Below are positions 48,326 to 58,739 of a DNA stretch of 64,000 nt, in pieces. Under the pieces are notes generated by a model, which made no database searches, was not told the DNA's origin, and saw nothing but the letters and a program-made list of their open reading frames with translations. Source of the stretch: Methanomicrobia archaeon (GTDB taxonomy: Archaea > Halobacteriota > Bog-38 > Methanoflorentales > Methanoflorentaceae); NCBI GenBank assembly GCA_015660915.1, contig JACTTZ010000010.1, forward strand, positions 7,513 through 71,512, written 5' to 3'. Position 1 is the stretch's first letter. Each line of letters opens with the position of its first letter. The translations under genes and the position numbers were made by a program.

Positions 48326-48814
48326 ATGAACGATCGAGACCTCATCGAAGCAGCGCTGTTTGTCGCAGGCAGACCTCTGACTCTCCTTGAGCTGGAATCT
48401 ATCGCGAGCATCGACGCCGACGTAGAAGATCTTGTTGAGTCACTCGTTGCGGAATATCGAGAGAAAGGCCCTCTCGAGATCGTTCAGACCGATGAAGACG
48501 TGGTCATGCAAGTAAAGGGTGAGTACGCTGACGCCGTGCGGACGATCGCCCAGCGCGATCTCGAAACGCCAGTGTTGCGCACGCTTGCGGTCATTGCGTT
48601 CCACCAACCGGTCACGCAGTCGAAAGTAGCGGAAATTCGGGGAAACAAGGCGTATGGTCACGTGCATGAACTTGAGGCGCGCAAGCTTGTCGAATCCGAG
48701 CCCTACGGAAGAACAAGGCTACTGCGAACCACGAAAGCGTTCGCTGACTATTTTGGTTTCGAAACGGATAGCCTCGAGGAGATAAAGCAAAGAATTGGGC
48801 TGCTTTTGCGTTAG
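48326..48814 (+). CDS. scpB: Kite subunit ScpB
   Basis: IEAALFVAG, LRTLAVIAFHQPVTQS, IRG, TTKAFADYFG. Confidence 0.93.
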   Translation: MNDRDLIEAALFVAGRPLTLLELESIASIDADVEDLVESLVAEYREKGPLEIVQTDEDVVMQVKGEYADAVRTIAQRDLETPVLRTLAVIAFHQPVTQSKVAEIRGNKAYGHVHELEARKLVESEPYGRTRLLRTTKAFADYFGFETDSLEEIKQRIGLLLR

Positions 48815-48870
48815 CACAAGTCGTTTCTTGAGGCGCGCGGACGGAACAGGCGAGACGTGCGTCGCGCTTG

Positions 48871-49647
48871 TCAGCGATCGAGCTCCCGAGAATAGGCGGC
48901 TCGGTTGGCGATTTTTGCCGCGAAAGCGCCGGCCACGAAGCCCGCATCCACATTAACAACAGTTAGCACGGAGCACGACTGCAGCATCGCGAGTAGCGCA
49001 GCTTCTCCACGACCTCCAAAGCCGTAACCGGTGGAGACCGGTACGCCGATGACAGGAATGTCAGTCAAACCGGCAATGACGGTCGGAAGTGCTCCTTCCC
49101 TTCCAGCTAAGACGATGAGCACGTCAGCGTCAAGCAGTTTCTGAAGCTCCGGGAATAACCTGTGAATGCCTGCAACCCCGACGTCATACGATTTGAGCGT
49201 CTGACATCCAAATTCCTCTGCAACGACGCGTGCTTCTTCGGCGACTGAAACGTCGGCTGTACCCGCACAAATAATGCCGACCAAGCCGCAGGGATGGTTA
49301 AATTCAGGCCTTTTTCCGATAACTGCAATGCGAGCTCGCTCGTGCCACTCGGGTTCAAAGTGCTGAAGTGCCTCGAACTGCTGGGCGGAAACTCGCGTAA
49401 GAACCGTCCGCCCTTCCGCCTTGAGCTGTGCTTCAACGATAGCAACGAGATCGCGCGTCGTCTTGCCCTCAGCTAGGACGACTTCCGGAATTCCAACCCG
49501 GTGCGTTCGTGCAGTATCGAGCTTTGCAATGTCGGCAACCCTGATATACTCGTCAATTTTGAGCTCGCGCCGGATGAGCCGCTCGGCATCGTCGTAAGAA
49601 ATCTCTCCGGTCGTGAGTTTTCTGAGAATTGTCTCAACGGAAGGCAT
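48871..49647 (-). CDS. larB: Nickel-pincer cofactor biosynthesis protein LarB (PurE-like)
   Basis: RVGIPEVVLAEGK, AGTADVSVAEEA, DVGVAGIHRL, AGREGALP, PVSTGYG, VNVDAGFVAG. Confidence 0.9.
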   Translation of the reverse strand: MPSVETILRKLTTGEISYDDAERLIRRELKIDEYIRVADIAKLDTARTHRVGIPEVVLAEGKTTRDLVAIVEAQLKAEGRTVLTRVSAQQFEALQHFEPEWHERARIAVIGKRPEFNHPCGLVGIICAGTADVSVAEEARVVAEEFGCQTLKSYDVGVAGIHRLFPELQKLLDADVLIVLAGREGALPTVIAGLTDIPVIGVPVSTGYGFGGRGEAALLAMLQSCSVLTVVNVDAGFVAGAFAAKIANRAAYSRELDR

Positions 49648-50046
49648 CAGCTATAGTTTGTTTTAGCAACGATAATAAACTTGTACCTTCGGTGCGGTCG
49701 CAGCGTGCAATTAAAGTGACCGTTGCACCGCGCGGCAGGCGAGACAGCGAAGCGCATAGCAGTCGACCGGGGCAGCAGAAGTAACACCGTGCGTGTCCGA
49801 CGCCGACTGACGCGGACAGGCGAAGCAACAGCGACGAAGATGTCCGCTGTCTTTGGCGACGACAAGTGCAATTGAGTGAGGTGCAATGCTGATTGGTAAG
49901 AGACGCAAGTTGTCTTCTCTCTCGTGCGTAATGCCGCGCGGTCTTTGCACTTGAATCACAAAGCTTATGAGACGTTTCCTTCACGTTACGCGTGAGGGCA
50001 TAGCGCGAGACCTTCATACGCGCCACGCGGTAAAGAGGGGATAGTT

Positions 50047-51183
50047 GTGAACGAGAGAAGCGAAATCCTCATACTCGTCGCTGTCTCGATCGTGTCGTCG
50101 CTGCTCTTGTACCTTCCCTTCGCCCTCAATGTGACCGCTGTGTTGGGGGTGCAGCTCCCGGCCACAGGAATACAGGTGTTGGAACGGTACTACGACGGAC
50201 CGTTATACGTCGTTGTGTCAAAGACGTTTTACGCCGGAGCTTCCCCACTTTATGGCGCGTCGCTCTTGCCGGCGCAATACTATGCCGCCCACCTGCCTGG
50301 CTACCCGACTGCGATCTGGGCCTTTTCGCTCGCGACGCCGCCATTCGTAGCGATGCTCGTCGCGAACCTTGTTATCTCTGCGGCAGCAGTCGTCGCTTTC
50401 TACCTCCTCACAGCGAGGTTCAAACTCGTGCACGATCCTTTTTCCTCGGCGCTCTTGTTTCTCTTCTTTCCACCACGGTGGTTCCTCTACCGGAGTGTCG
50501 GTGCATCAGAACCGCTCTTCATCCTGCTCACGCTGTTGATGCTTTACTTCTTAAAAAAGGACGAATCGACAAAATCCACCCTTTTGGGCGCCTTCGCGAC
50601 GCTCACGAGAATATGGGGCATCATCACCTTCCCCGTGTTGATTGGCGTGTGGCTGTGGAACAAGAAATTGACCGTGAGGAGGTTTGTGTTGGCTCTCGCC
50701 ATTCCGGCATCGCTGTTGCTGCTGTTCTCGTTTTATGCGTACTCGCTTGGCGACTTCTTCGCTTATTTCGCTGTGAATCAGGCCTTTCTGACGAATATAC
50801 CATTGCTCACCATCCCTATGATGGCTCTGACGAGCGGCGCGGCCGGCTCTGAGCTCTACGTCATCCTGTTTTTCATCTATGCCGTTGGCATCGTCCAACT
50901 CTACTTGAAGGGATACCTGGAGCTCTTTTTATACGCACTCTTCATGTTCGTGCCGGTGCTGTTCGTGGTCCATAATGATATTAGCCGATACTTGCTGCCT
51001 ATTGCGCCCTTCGCTCTGATCATCGGCTTCGATGCGCTTATGCCGAAGAAGCGCCGCTACTTCCTTATACCCCTCGCACTGTTATGCGTTGCGGGGTATT
51101 TGTACTGTCTCGCCGTCTTGCCGACGAACTTGATGCCGCTCCCCCTGTTTGAACACTTGTTCCAGGTGATAGGGGTTCGTTAG
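50047..51183 (+). CDS. GT-C-like multi-pass membrane glycosyltransferase (PIG-V/mannosyltransferase-like)
   Basis: ERYYDGPLY, AHLPGYP, SEPLFILL, LTRIWG, ISRYLLP and many TM helices. Confidence 0.6.
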   Translation: MNERSEILILVAVSIVSSLLLYLPFALNVTAVLGVQLPATGIQVLERYYDGPLYVVVSKTFYAGASPLYGASLLPAQYYAAHLPGYPTAIWAFSLATPPFVAMLVANLVISAAAVVAFYLLTARFKLVHDPFSSALLFLFFPPRWFLYRSVGASEPLFILLTLLMLYFLKKDESTKSTLLGAFATLTRIWGIITFPVLIGVWLWNKKLTVRRFVLALAIPASLLLLFSFYAYSLGDFFAYFAVNQAFLTNIPLLTIPMMALTSGAAGSELYVILFFIYAVGIVQLYLKGYLELFLYALFMFVPVLFVVHNDISRYLLPIAPFALIIGFDALMPKKRRYFLIPLALLCVAGYLYCLAVLPTNLMPLPLFEHLFQVIGVR

Positions 51184-51340
51184 TGTGGCTGCTGCCAACG
51201 AGCCTAAACAAAGGCGCCGGTAGCCCACCGCGACGTCGGCAGCTAAAATCTCCGCTAAGCAACACAAAAGCCATAATCATTAAGCAGTCTAAGTGTTCTT
51301 AGGTTCATATCGTTTGATTGCGTGCCAGAGGGGAGAGCAT

Positions 51341-52597
51341 GTGAAGGTGACCGATCCGAAAGTGACTGCAGGGAAAAACACGCCGCTCGCGCGGCCTCGT
51401 GGCACGCGAGACCTCTTGCCCGCGGAAATGAAACGGCGTCGCTTCGTTGAATCGCGCTTGAGAGACGTTGCAGAACGGTGGGGGTATCAAGAGGTCGCCA
51501 CGCCGGCTTTCGAACCGCTAGAGCTTTTTACCCTCAAATCAGGTGAGGCGATCGTCGACGAGCTTTATAGCTTCACCGACAAAGGGGGCAGACCTCTAGC
51601 GTTGCGACCTGAACTTACCGCCCCGGTTGCCCGCCTATATGTTAACGAGCTCCAGTCTGCCCCCAAGCCGCTCAAGCTCTACTACTTTGGTGATTGCTTT
51701 CGGTATGAGCGGCCGCAATCAGGGCGATATCGGCAGTTCTGGCAGTTTGGAATCGAGCTTATTGGGAGCGCCCTGCCAGAAGCGGACGCAGAGGTCATTG
51801 CGCTCGCACAACGCATGCTTCGGAGCGTCGCGCTCGATGTCGACATGCACGTCGGTTCGCTCGACGTGCTCAGAGTGATGTTTTGTGACCTCGACGACGA
51901 AACGTGCGCGCTTGCCATGCGCCTCATCGATAAAGGGGACTTCGATCGCCTCGGGGAACTCCCGGGCGGAGACCGCGCAATCGACCTCATCACGGCCGAG
52001 GATCCTTTAAGCGAAGCACAAAACTTCGTCGCGCTTGACCACCTGCTACGAGTTCTTGAGCTGCTCGATACCCTCGCGGTTTCGTACACCGTTGATTTCG
52101 GCATAGCGCGGGGCTTGGAGTACTACACGGGAACCGTTTTCGAGGCTTACGCTGGCACTCTCGGCGCTCAGAATCAAGTGTTGGGTGGGGGCTCGTATCG
52201 GCTCTCCCACCTCTTTGGCGGGCAGGAGGTGCCGTCGACCGGCTTTGGCATCGGATTTGATAGGATTATGGACGCCGTTAACCCTTCGGTGCCTGAACCG
52301 CCACGGCTCTTAGTAGTGCCTACCGGCGACGCACGCATTTACGCGCTTCAAGTCGCCAATGAGCTGCGATCCCGTTTTGTAACGGATATCGACGTTATGG
52401 GCCGCTCGGTGCGCGCGCAGTTGACGTACGCGAACAGCGCAGGCTTTGATTACGCGATTATCATCGGAAAGAAGGAGATGGAGACATCCAAACCAACGCT
52501 GCGGAATCTGAAAACTGGCGAGCAAGAATCGTTCAGCGTTCAGCAGATTATAGACCGCGTCCTGAGTAGCGTAGAGGTGTCACAACCATCTAGGTAG
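51341..52597 (+). CDS. hisS: Histidyl-tRNA synthetase
   Basis: RPRGTRD, LALRPELTAP, FRYERPQSGRYRQFWQ, RGLEYYTG, GGGSY, GFGIGFDRI. Confidence 0.96.
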   Translation: MKVTDPKVTAGKNTPLARPRGTRDLLPAEMKRRRFVESRLRDVAERWGYQEVATPAFEPLELFTLKSGEAIVDELYSFTDKGGRPLALRPELTAPVARLYVNELQSAPKPLKLYYFGDCFRYERPQSGRYRQFWQFGIELIGSALPEADAEVIALAQRMLRSVALDVDMHVGSLDVLRVMFCDLDDETCALAMRLIDKGDFDRLGELPGGDRAIDLITAEDPLSEAQNFVALDHLLRVLELLDTLAVSYTVDFGIARGLEYYTGTVFEAYAGTLGAQNQVLGGGSYRLSHLFGGQEVPSTGFGIGFDRIMDAVNPSVPEPPRLLVVPTGDARIYALQVANELRSRFVTDIDVMGRSVRAQLTYANSAGFDYAIIIGKKEMETSKPTLRNLKTGEQESFSVQQIIDRVLSSVEVSQPSR

Positions 52598-52608
52598 GGG
52601 AGAACTTC

Positions 52609-53085
52609 ATGAATGTCATACAGACAGCGCTATGGAAACTAATAAACCCGATAGCAATCGTTACGGCCCACTATAACGAGAATATGAGTGGTTTCATCGC
52701 AAGCTGGATAACGCAGGCATCCTTTGTCCCGCAGTTGGTCATGGTTGCCGTGAATCCACTGCATTACACGTACGAGCTCATCACAAACAGTAATGCGTTT
52801 GCCATCAACGTTCTTAGAACCGATCAGGCGGAGCTTGTCGATCTTTTCGGCAAGAGTTCGGGCAGGAAAGTCGAGAAGTTCGCGACGATCCCTTACGAGC
52901 TCGGGCGCACCGGTTCGCCTCTCCTCAAGGACTGCTTAGCGTTTCTCGATTGCAACGTCGCGTGGAGCAAAGAGGCCGGTGATCATGTCGTCGTTATCGG
53001 CAGCATTGCCGAAGCCGGCGTTATGTCTGATGGCGAAACCCTTCAGGAGGCACGGTCAATGTACACTAAGCGTGCATCAAGCTAA
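52609..53085 (+). CDS. Flavin reductase-like domain protein
   Basis: ASWITQASFVP, FAINVL, GSPLL, AGDHVVVIG. Confidence 0.88.
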   Translation: MNVIQTALWKLINPIAIVTAHYNENMSGFIASWITQASFVPQLVMVAVNPLHYTYELITNSNAFAINVLRTDQAELVDLFGKSSGRKVEKFATIPYELGRTGSPLLKDCLAFLDCNVAWSKEAGDHVVVIGSIAEAGVMSDGETLQEARSMYTKRASS

Positions 53086-53106
53086 GCACGTCGCGAGGAA
53101 TCAAGC

Positions 53107-53472
53107 ATGGTGGAGCTTAATTTTAAAAATGGCCTCATTCCGGTCGCTGCACAGGACAATGAGACCGGAGAGGTGTTGATGATCGCCTTCATGAACGAGG
53201 ATGCGTTCGAGATGACCCGTAAAACCGGTTGTGTTCACTATTGGAGCCGAACAAACCGGCGCGTTTGGAAAAAGGGCGAGGTATCGGGCCACTTTCAGTG
53301 GGTGAAGGAGATCTTAGTTGACTGTGACAGCGATGCTCTCGTAATAAAGGTGGATCAAGTTCAAGCAGCGTGCCACATGGGCTTCCGGTCGTGCTTCTTT
53401 AGGACTATCGACGGGACTACAATCGGAAAAAAAGTGTTCGATCCTGGCGTAGTCTACAAAGACGGCGGTTAA
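53107..53472 (+). CDS. hisI: Phosphoribosyl-AMP cyclohydrolase
   Basis: GLIPVAAQD, HYWSRT..W.KGE.SG, DCDSDA, ACHMGFRSCF. Confidence 0.95.
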   Translation: MVELNFKNGLIPVAAQDNETGEVLMIAFMNEDAFEMTRKTGCVHYWSRTNRRVWKKGEVSGHFQWVKEILVDCDSDALVIKVDQVQAACHMGFRSCFFRTIDGTTIGKKVFDPGVVYKDGG

Positions 53473-53630
53473 GGCGCCCAGAAGTTCGTCCGCAATGTCA
53501 TAGAAATAATCTCTAAATAACTGGAAGGCGCTCGAGAAGGCGTCAAACGTCTCGAGAGTGTATATCGTGCTCCCTTAGTACGCAAGCAGGCGTGATCGAT
53601 GGCGCCGAAGTGTCGTATGCGCGGGCAGTA

Positions 53631-54677
53631 TCACTTTGTCCCGCACACGATAATGACCCCTTCAGCTGAGTGAACGTCGGTCACGTCGGAAAATCCCGCG
53701 TCACGCAGCGCTGTAATCAGGTCAGCGCGCGTAAAGCCAGCCCTGCCGCGTCGTGCGTACCGCTCGAGCGTGCTCACAGCTGACCAAACGTCCGGCGTGC
53801 TGTCAGATACGAAGCTTCGGAGGATGACAATGCCGCGGTCGCTTAGGAAACTACGGGATCTGTTGAGCAACAAACGCAGTTCATCTGCTGACGGCGTGAC
53901 ATTGCTCAAGAAAACCGCGTCAAACTTGCTAGTTGGTCTGAAGGCGTGAAAGTCTCCGGCAACAACGTCCACCCTCCCACCCGCATTGTGCCGCTTGATG
54001 TTTTCATTAGTCACGTCGATGACCTGAGGTAAATCGAGGATGCACGCTCGTAATTCCGGGTACTTCCTCGTAAAGAAGATGCTGTACAGCCCGTGCCCGC
54101 CGCCGATGTCAAGTAAGCGTTTACGGCCAGCGAGATTGACGTGTTTCACAGCACTTTGTACTCCGCCGAGCAAGGCCGCTAATTCGAGTTTCTTAATTAT
54201 CTCTCGTGTCCAATAGTCCGCGGAGATAACTTCATCGGAAGGCCCCTCTTTTACGTAGCGCTCAAGCAGCTTACCGGTCTCTCCGTCTTGAAATTGTTCT
54301 TGGCCGAGGTACAAGAGGCTCTCTCGACTCAAATATTGACGCGCTACCGCAGCGCTTTGGTACGCCGACGAACCCGAATCACCCTCTACGCGTACTACAA
54401 GTCCGATTCGCTGCAATGTTTCGAACAGGTATGTAAGAAAACGCTCATCGACTCCGAGCGACAGTGACAGGCGGCGCGCTGTCAAAGGACTCGTGATGCG
54501 CGTGTAGATATCGAGGTCAAGAGACACCTTTAAAATTTCAAAGAGTTTTCTGTAGTTCAGGATTAGCCTGATGGCGTCCGGCTCCAATTCAATATCAAGC
54601 ACTATGCCACCTTCACAACTTGATATGATGTCATCTTTGTTGAACAGCGCGCTTTTATGTTCAGTTTCTCGTTGCAT
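53631..54677 (-). CDS. Class I SAM O-methyltransferase with N-terminal winged-helix dimerisation domain
   Basis: LLDIGGGHGLYS, ILDLPQV, VVAGDF. Confidence 0.85.
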   Translation of the reverse strand: MQRETEHKSALFNKDDIISSCEGGIVLDIELEPDAIRLILNYRKLFEILKVSLDLDIYTRITSPLTARRLSLSLGVDERFLTYLFETLQRIGLVVRVEGDSGSSAYQSAAVARQYLSRESLLYLGQEQFQDGETGKLLERYVKEGPSDEVISADYWTREIIKKLELAALLGGVQSAVKHVNLAGRKRLLDIGGGHGLYSIFFTRKYPELRACILDLPQVIDVTNENIKRHNAGGRVDVVAGDFHAFRPTSKFDAVFLSNVTPSADELRLLLNRSRSFLSDRGIVILRSFVSDSTPDVWSAVSTLERYARRGRAGFTRADLITALRDAGFSDVTDVHSAEGVIIVCGTK

Positions 54678-54892
54678 GAAAGTCGCCCGATACTATGCTT
54701 AATCTCTGCGGTGTCACCCGGGGTCCATCTAGTTGCTCCTGACTTTCGCGTTGCGCTGAATGTCTCATGGCATCTGCAGCTGCATCTTCGTTTTGTAAGT
54801 CGCACCTGAGACAAGCGCAGATTACTCATGCTGCAATGGGGGGCGCACGGGGGGCAAATGTTTAGACAAATGGAATCAAATGATAGGCTAGC

Positions 54893-55093
54893 ATGACGCG
54901 TAAATGCATCGAAAAAAGCTGCCTGCATCACGCAGAGTGTGCGAGCTACTTTGAGGATCAGAATTTGACCGATTTCAAGAAATCAAAGTCGGCAACTGGC
55001 GAAGAGCTCTGCGTGTTCCACTGGGGCATCGGGTTTATGCGCGCGATGAAAAAATGTTCGGCCGAGCAAGGCCATGAAGCGCAACCGATGTGA
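54893..55093 (+). CDS. Small Cys/His-rich hypothetical protein
   Basis: 66-aa ORF with CIEKSCLHHAEC and CVFHW, preceded by atagg. Confidence 0.4.
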   Translation: MTRKCIEKSCLHHAECASYFEDQNLTDFKKSKSATGEELCVFHWGIGFMRAMKKCSAEQGHEAQPM

Positions 55094-55111
55094 GAGCCCA
55101 ACGGCAACGAG

Positions 55112-55777
55112 CTACGACGATCGCGAGCGAGCACGCATCCTTTTTGCTTGTCTTTCAAGCTCCGCGCTTGCGCCGTAACGGCCAACTGCCGCGTTAATAT
55201 CAGCCATCAGTAGGTAAGTCTGAGCTGCCTCGTCGTCGAGGGCACAGTCGGTAAATCCGCGTACAGCGCACTCTAAAATAGCAAGTGCTTCGTCTTTGCG
55301 GTTTCTCGACTGCAGGGTGCGTCCTAAAGCCATATCACATTTTGCGACTTCGGCCTTCAGCCGCGCTTTTTCAAACAAGCACTTAGCTGCTTCGTAATAA
55401 CATAAAGCGTCGTCATATTTCTCAAGCTCGGCAAGCGCATCGCCTAGTCCTCTCGCACACAGCGCTGCATCCACTCGTCGGTCCCACCGCGTCTTGTAAT
55501 ACCCGTAAGCCTTCGCCAGCTCGGCGCTGGCCTGCTCGTAGCGCTGCGTTTCAAGAGAGGCGGCTCCTATATATTGGGCGATGTCTGCGAGTGACGAGCT
55601 GTTTCCCGACGCCTCGCAGATGGTTCGCGCTTCTGAAAAACGTGCTATCGCCAGCGTGTACTGTCTTTTTTGATAGTGGCGCAACCCCTCATTCAGTTTC
55701 GCCGTTGCGCGCTTCTGACTAGTTATGGCGAGTCTATCGCGGCTGCGCTGACGATTGGGTATTCTTCGAGGCCACAT
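55112..55777 (-). CDS. TPR-repeat protein
   Basis: Helical repeats with A..G..Y/L patterns (LAIARFSEA, AQYIGAA, ARGLGDAL, CDMALG). Exact start uncertain. Confidence 0.72.
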   Translation of the reverse strand: MWPRRIPNRQRSRDRLAITSQKRATAKLNEGLRHYQKRQYTLAIARFSEARTICEASGNSSSLADIAQYIGAASLETQRYEQASAELAKAYGYYKTRWDRRVDAALCARGLGDALAELEKYDDALCYYEAAKCLFEKARLKAEVAKCDMALGRTLQSRNRKDEALAILECAVRGFTDCALDDEAAQTYLLMADINAAVGRYGASAELERQAKRMRARSRSS

Positions 55778-56237
55778 CTGCTTTTCCGGTGTTTATTTGG
55801 GTCGAGTCCCTGCAACAAGATAGATTGTGGTGCACCGTTCTTAAATTGTTGCGTACTGGTTCTCTCCACACAATCGGTTGCCTCTCGTTTGTGCAACCGT
55901 TACCGTTACTTACATATAAGCTGCAGGAAACTGCGAAAAGAGTCAAATTGATCCCCGTCGCCATAGGTTTGTAGACACTCGTCAATTGTAAATTGACCAT
56001 TGTGCCAACTCCTCCGCGTTTGCCGCTGAAAGCTTGAGCGACTTCATAGATAAACGCAGCTCCACAGTCGTTAAGCGAGTCGGCGCGTCACATTCACATA
56101 TGGGATCTGCATCCGGTACGGTTAGGCAGCGGAAGATGGGAGAGGGTGGGTTAGGCCCAAGTTCAAAAAAAAACAGGTCGGGGCAGGCGCGCCATCAGGC
56201 TTCAGGTTTAAGAGGAACAGATTCATATCCTACTACT

Positions 56238-56651
56238 ATGCAGGGCAAGACGTATTCGATGAACGTGTCAGATATGAGCGAGGACGAAATCGATGAAGCG
56301 GTATCAGATGCGTTGCACGGGATCATCAAGGCTACAGACCTGTGGCAAGAGAAAAAGTCCTTTCACCGGGAGGTCACTGACGCGCTGTTTGACATATTGA
56401 GACGCAGGGATCTCACCATTTTCGACGTGCTTATCAAACGCGATGAGAAGGTATGTGAGATTCTAGATGAACCGACGAAAGGCGTCCCTGAGGGGAGGGT
56501 GCTTGAAGGTTCGATCGACACAGAGACGGTCAAGGTCTATAACCTGCGGTCCAAGGATCCCGACGGCAATTTTGAGCTGCTCTACAACAACGAATTTAGA
56601 AGGGACATCCAAATGACTCTGTATACTGAACGAAAAAGAATAAAAATGTAA
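56238..56651 (+). CDS. Hypothetical protein
   Basis: Globular-looking, acidic 137-aa region from ATG 56238. The ORF-track N-terminal extension is low-complexity. Confidence 0.5.
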   Translation: MQGKTYSMNVSDMSEDEIDEAVSDALHGIIKATDLWQEKKSFHREVTDALFDILRRRDLTIFDVLIKRDEKVCEILDEPTKGVPEGRVLEGSIDTETVKVYNLRSKDPDGNFELLYNNEFRRDIQMTLYTERKRIKM

Positions 56652-56726
56652 CAAGGTCATGTTCGTCAAGTCAAACGGAGCGTCGGGTTTCGCTTTGTAT
56701 CAGTTTTCAACTTGGAGGTTTCATTA

Positions 56727-57470
56727 ATGCCTTTATCCGAATACGATCGCGTGCGATATCGCAGGCAAATAATGATTCCTGGATTCGGCGAAAAGGCGCA
56801 GCTACGTTTGAAAAGGGCGACGGCTCTCATAGCCGGCCTGGGGGGGCTTGGCTCTCCTCTTGCGCTCTACCTCGCGGCAGCGGGAGTTGGGCACCTTAAG
56901 CTGGTTGACATGGACAACGTAGAACTCAGTAATCTGAACCGACAGGTTCTGCACTGGGATGAGGACGTGGGCGAATCGAAAGTCAACTCAGCATTGCAGA
57001 AAGTGCAAAGGATCAATCCGACAACGCGCGTTGAAGGATTTAATCTAGCCATCGACGACAAAAACGTCTTCGAGCTAGCAAAGAATTGCGACGTTATTTT
57101 AGACGCTATGGACAACTTTGCGGTTCGGTACTTGCTCAATGCGGCGGCTATTGCACACTGTGTTCCGTTGATTCACGGAGCAGTATACGGTTACGAAGGG
57201 CGACTTGCCAGCGTGGTGCCTGGCAAGACGGCATGCTTGGAGTGCATCTACCCTCACGCTCCGCCGCGCGCCGTGTTTCCTGTGCTGGGCACGACTCCGG
57301 GCGTAATAGCCTTGCTCCAAGCGACGGAGGCCATAAAGTCACTGACCGGCGCAGGAGTCGTTTTGGAAAACGAAATGCTCATCTATGACGGCGAAATGAT
57401 GAACTTCGATAAAGTCAGGATTTCGCGCAACCCGCAGTGCACGTCGTGCGCTGGACTCGGTAAGAGGTAA
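56727..57470 (+). CDS. ThiF/MoeB/E1-like (UbaA-like) adenylyltransferase
   Basis: ggaggt RBS; RYRRQI, GLGGLGS, DMDNVELSNLNRQVLH, CLEC and C-terminal CTSC zinc pair. Confidence 0.92.
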   Translation: MPLSEYDRVRYRRQIMIPGFGEKAQLRLKRATALIAGLGGLGSPLALYLAAAGVGHLKLVDMDNVELSNLNRQVLHWDEDVGESKVNSALQKVQRINPTTRVEGFNLAIDDKNVFELAKNCDVILDAMDNFAVRYLLNAAAIAHCVPLIHGAVYGYEGRLASVVPGKTACLECIYPHAPPRAVFPVLGTTPGVIALLQATEAIKSLTGAGVVLENEMLIYDGEMMNFDKVRISRNPQCTSCAGLGKR

Positions 57471-57627
57471 CTAGCCAGCAGAAACTGAATGATCAATGCC
57501 GTGGCGAGCGATGGAGAAGTCCGTTCTTGATTGCTAATCCAACGCTTGATATTATCTCGGCAATGAGCCGAGAACGAGCTTGTATCTAACGTTATGGAGA
57601 ACTAATCAATGAGGAGAGACACGCATC

Positions 57628-58139
57628 GTGAAGCCGACGATGAGTGAATCAAAAGGCCCCATAGCCGAAGTGGCCGTTACCCCGACGCCGGTCGACCAGT
57701 TCAGGAGTTTGACGCCGATCGAGGACTTGCTTGCGCCGCTCTCGGCTCGGTTTTTTGCGGCGCTCATTGACAGTTTGCTCATTTGCTTTGCCTTCGTCCC
57801 TCTATTCTTGCTCGTTAGCACGGACACGCTAAACGGTAACGTCACACCTCTTACTGTCACGTTTATCTTCACTTTGCCATCGTATTGATCATCTATTATA
57901 CCCCTTTAGAAGGCATAAAATGCGTAACGCTAGGCAAGTGGCTCTTACAGATAGCTGTGGTGGGTGAAGATTTCACCGCCCCGGGATTGCGCGGTTCAGT
58001 AATCAGAAATGGCATACGCGTCGTTGATGCGCTACCATTCGTCGTGCCATATATACTCGGCACAATCATCGCTCGGAGCAACGCAAAATGGCAGCGGCTA
58101 GGGAACCAGGTAGCGAGAAGCATCGTCATCAACGTCTGA
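57628..58139 (+). pseudogene. RDD-family membrane protein split by a frameshift at about 57885
   Basis: RFFAALID in frame 1; Y...LEG..TLGK, IRN..R..D, QRLGN..A in frame 2. Confidence 0.78.
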
Positions 58140-58174
58140 TGGAAACTGGCAAGGTGCTGAACGTTGCTGCGGTT

Positions 58175-58435
58175 TCACTTCTGTGGTGGCCGAATTCGCT
58201 GGATGCGGTCCAAGTCGAGGTCAATATCTACCGGTTTTTGTTCTGAGACTGTCGGCGGGTTTCTTGTGAGACTAAAGATGCGCCAAAAAACGAGGACAAG
58301 GGCTAATAGTGCTATGCCGAGTATCCCGATGAATTTTTTGTTGCCTGCGTAGAGTGCGAACGAGCTAGCACCAATGCCGATCAGTACGAGGATAAGCAGC
58401 ACGAGATTCGTTTTTAAAAGGCGGTTGTAGGCCAT
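58175..58435 (-). CDS. Small two-TM membrane protein
   Basis: MAYNRLLKTNLVLLILVLIGIGASSFALY...FIGILGIALLALVLVFW. Confidence 0.55.
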   Translation of the reverse strand: MAYNRLLKTNLVLLILVLIGIGASSFALYAGNKKFIGILGIALLALVLVFWRIFSLTRNPPTVSEQKPVDIDLDLDRIQRIRPPQK

Positions 58436-58739
58436 AGCTTCCTTTTGTCGCGGCGTCCGCGTGAAATAGCTGATGATAGGACATGGGTAGAAACTACATA
58501 AAGCTTGTTTGTCGGCGCTGCGGTGAGTTCTTGCTGCGCATCGAGGTTCGCTCGAACTTTCGCTTCTAAGCAAGGAGCACGGCTATTGTGCTAGACAGAA
58601 AAACCCCATCAAAGGTCCCGGCGCCTCCAATAGAAGCAATAGGCGCTATGATTTCTTGAACAGCTCCTAAATTCGTTAAATCAGCTCCGATGAGAGTGCC
58701 GAGCACTCCTCAGACGTACGCCAAGGCAAAGGCGTTGTC

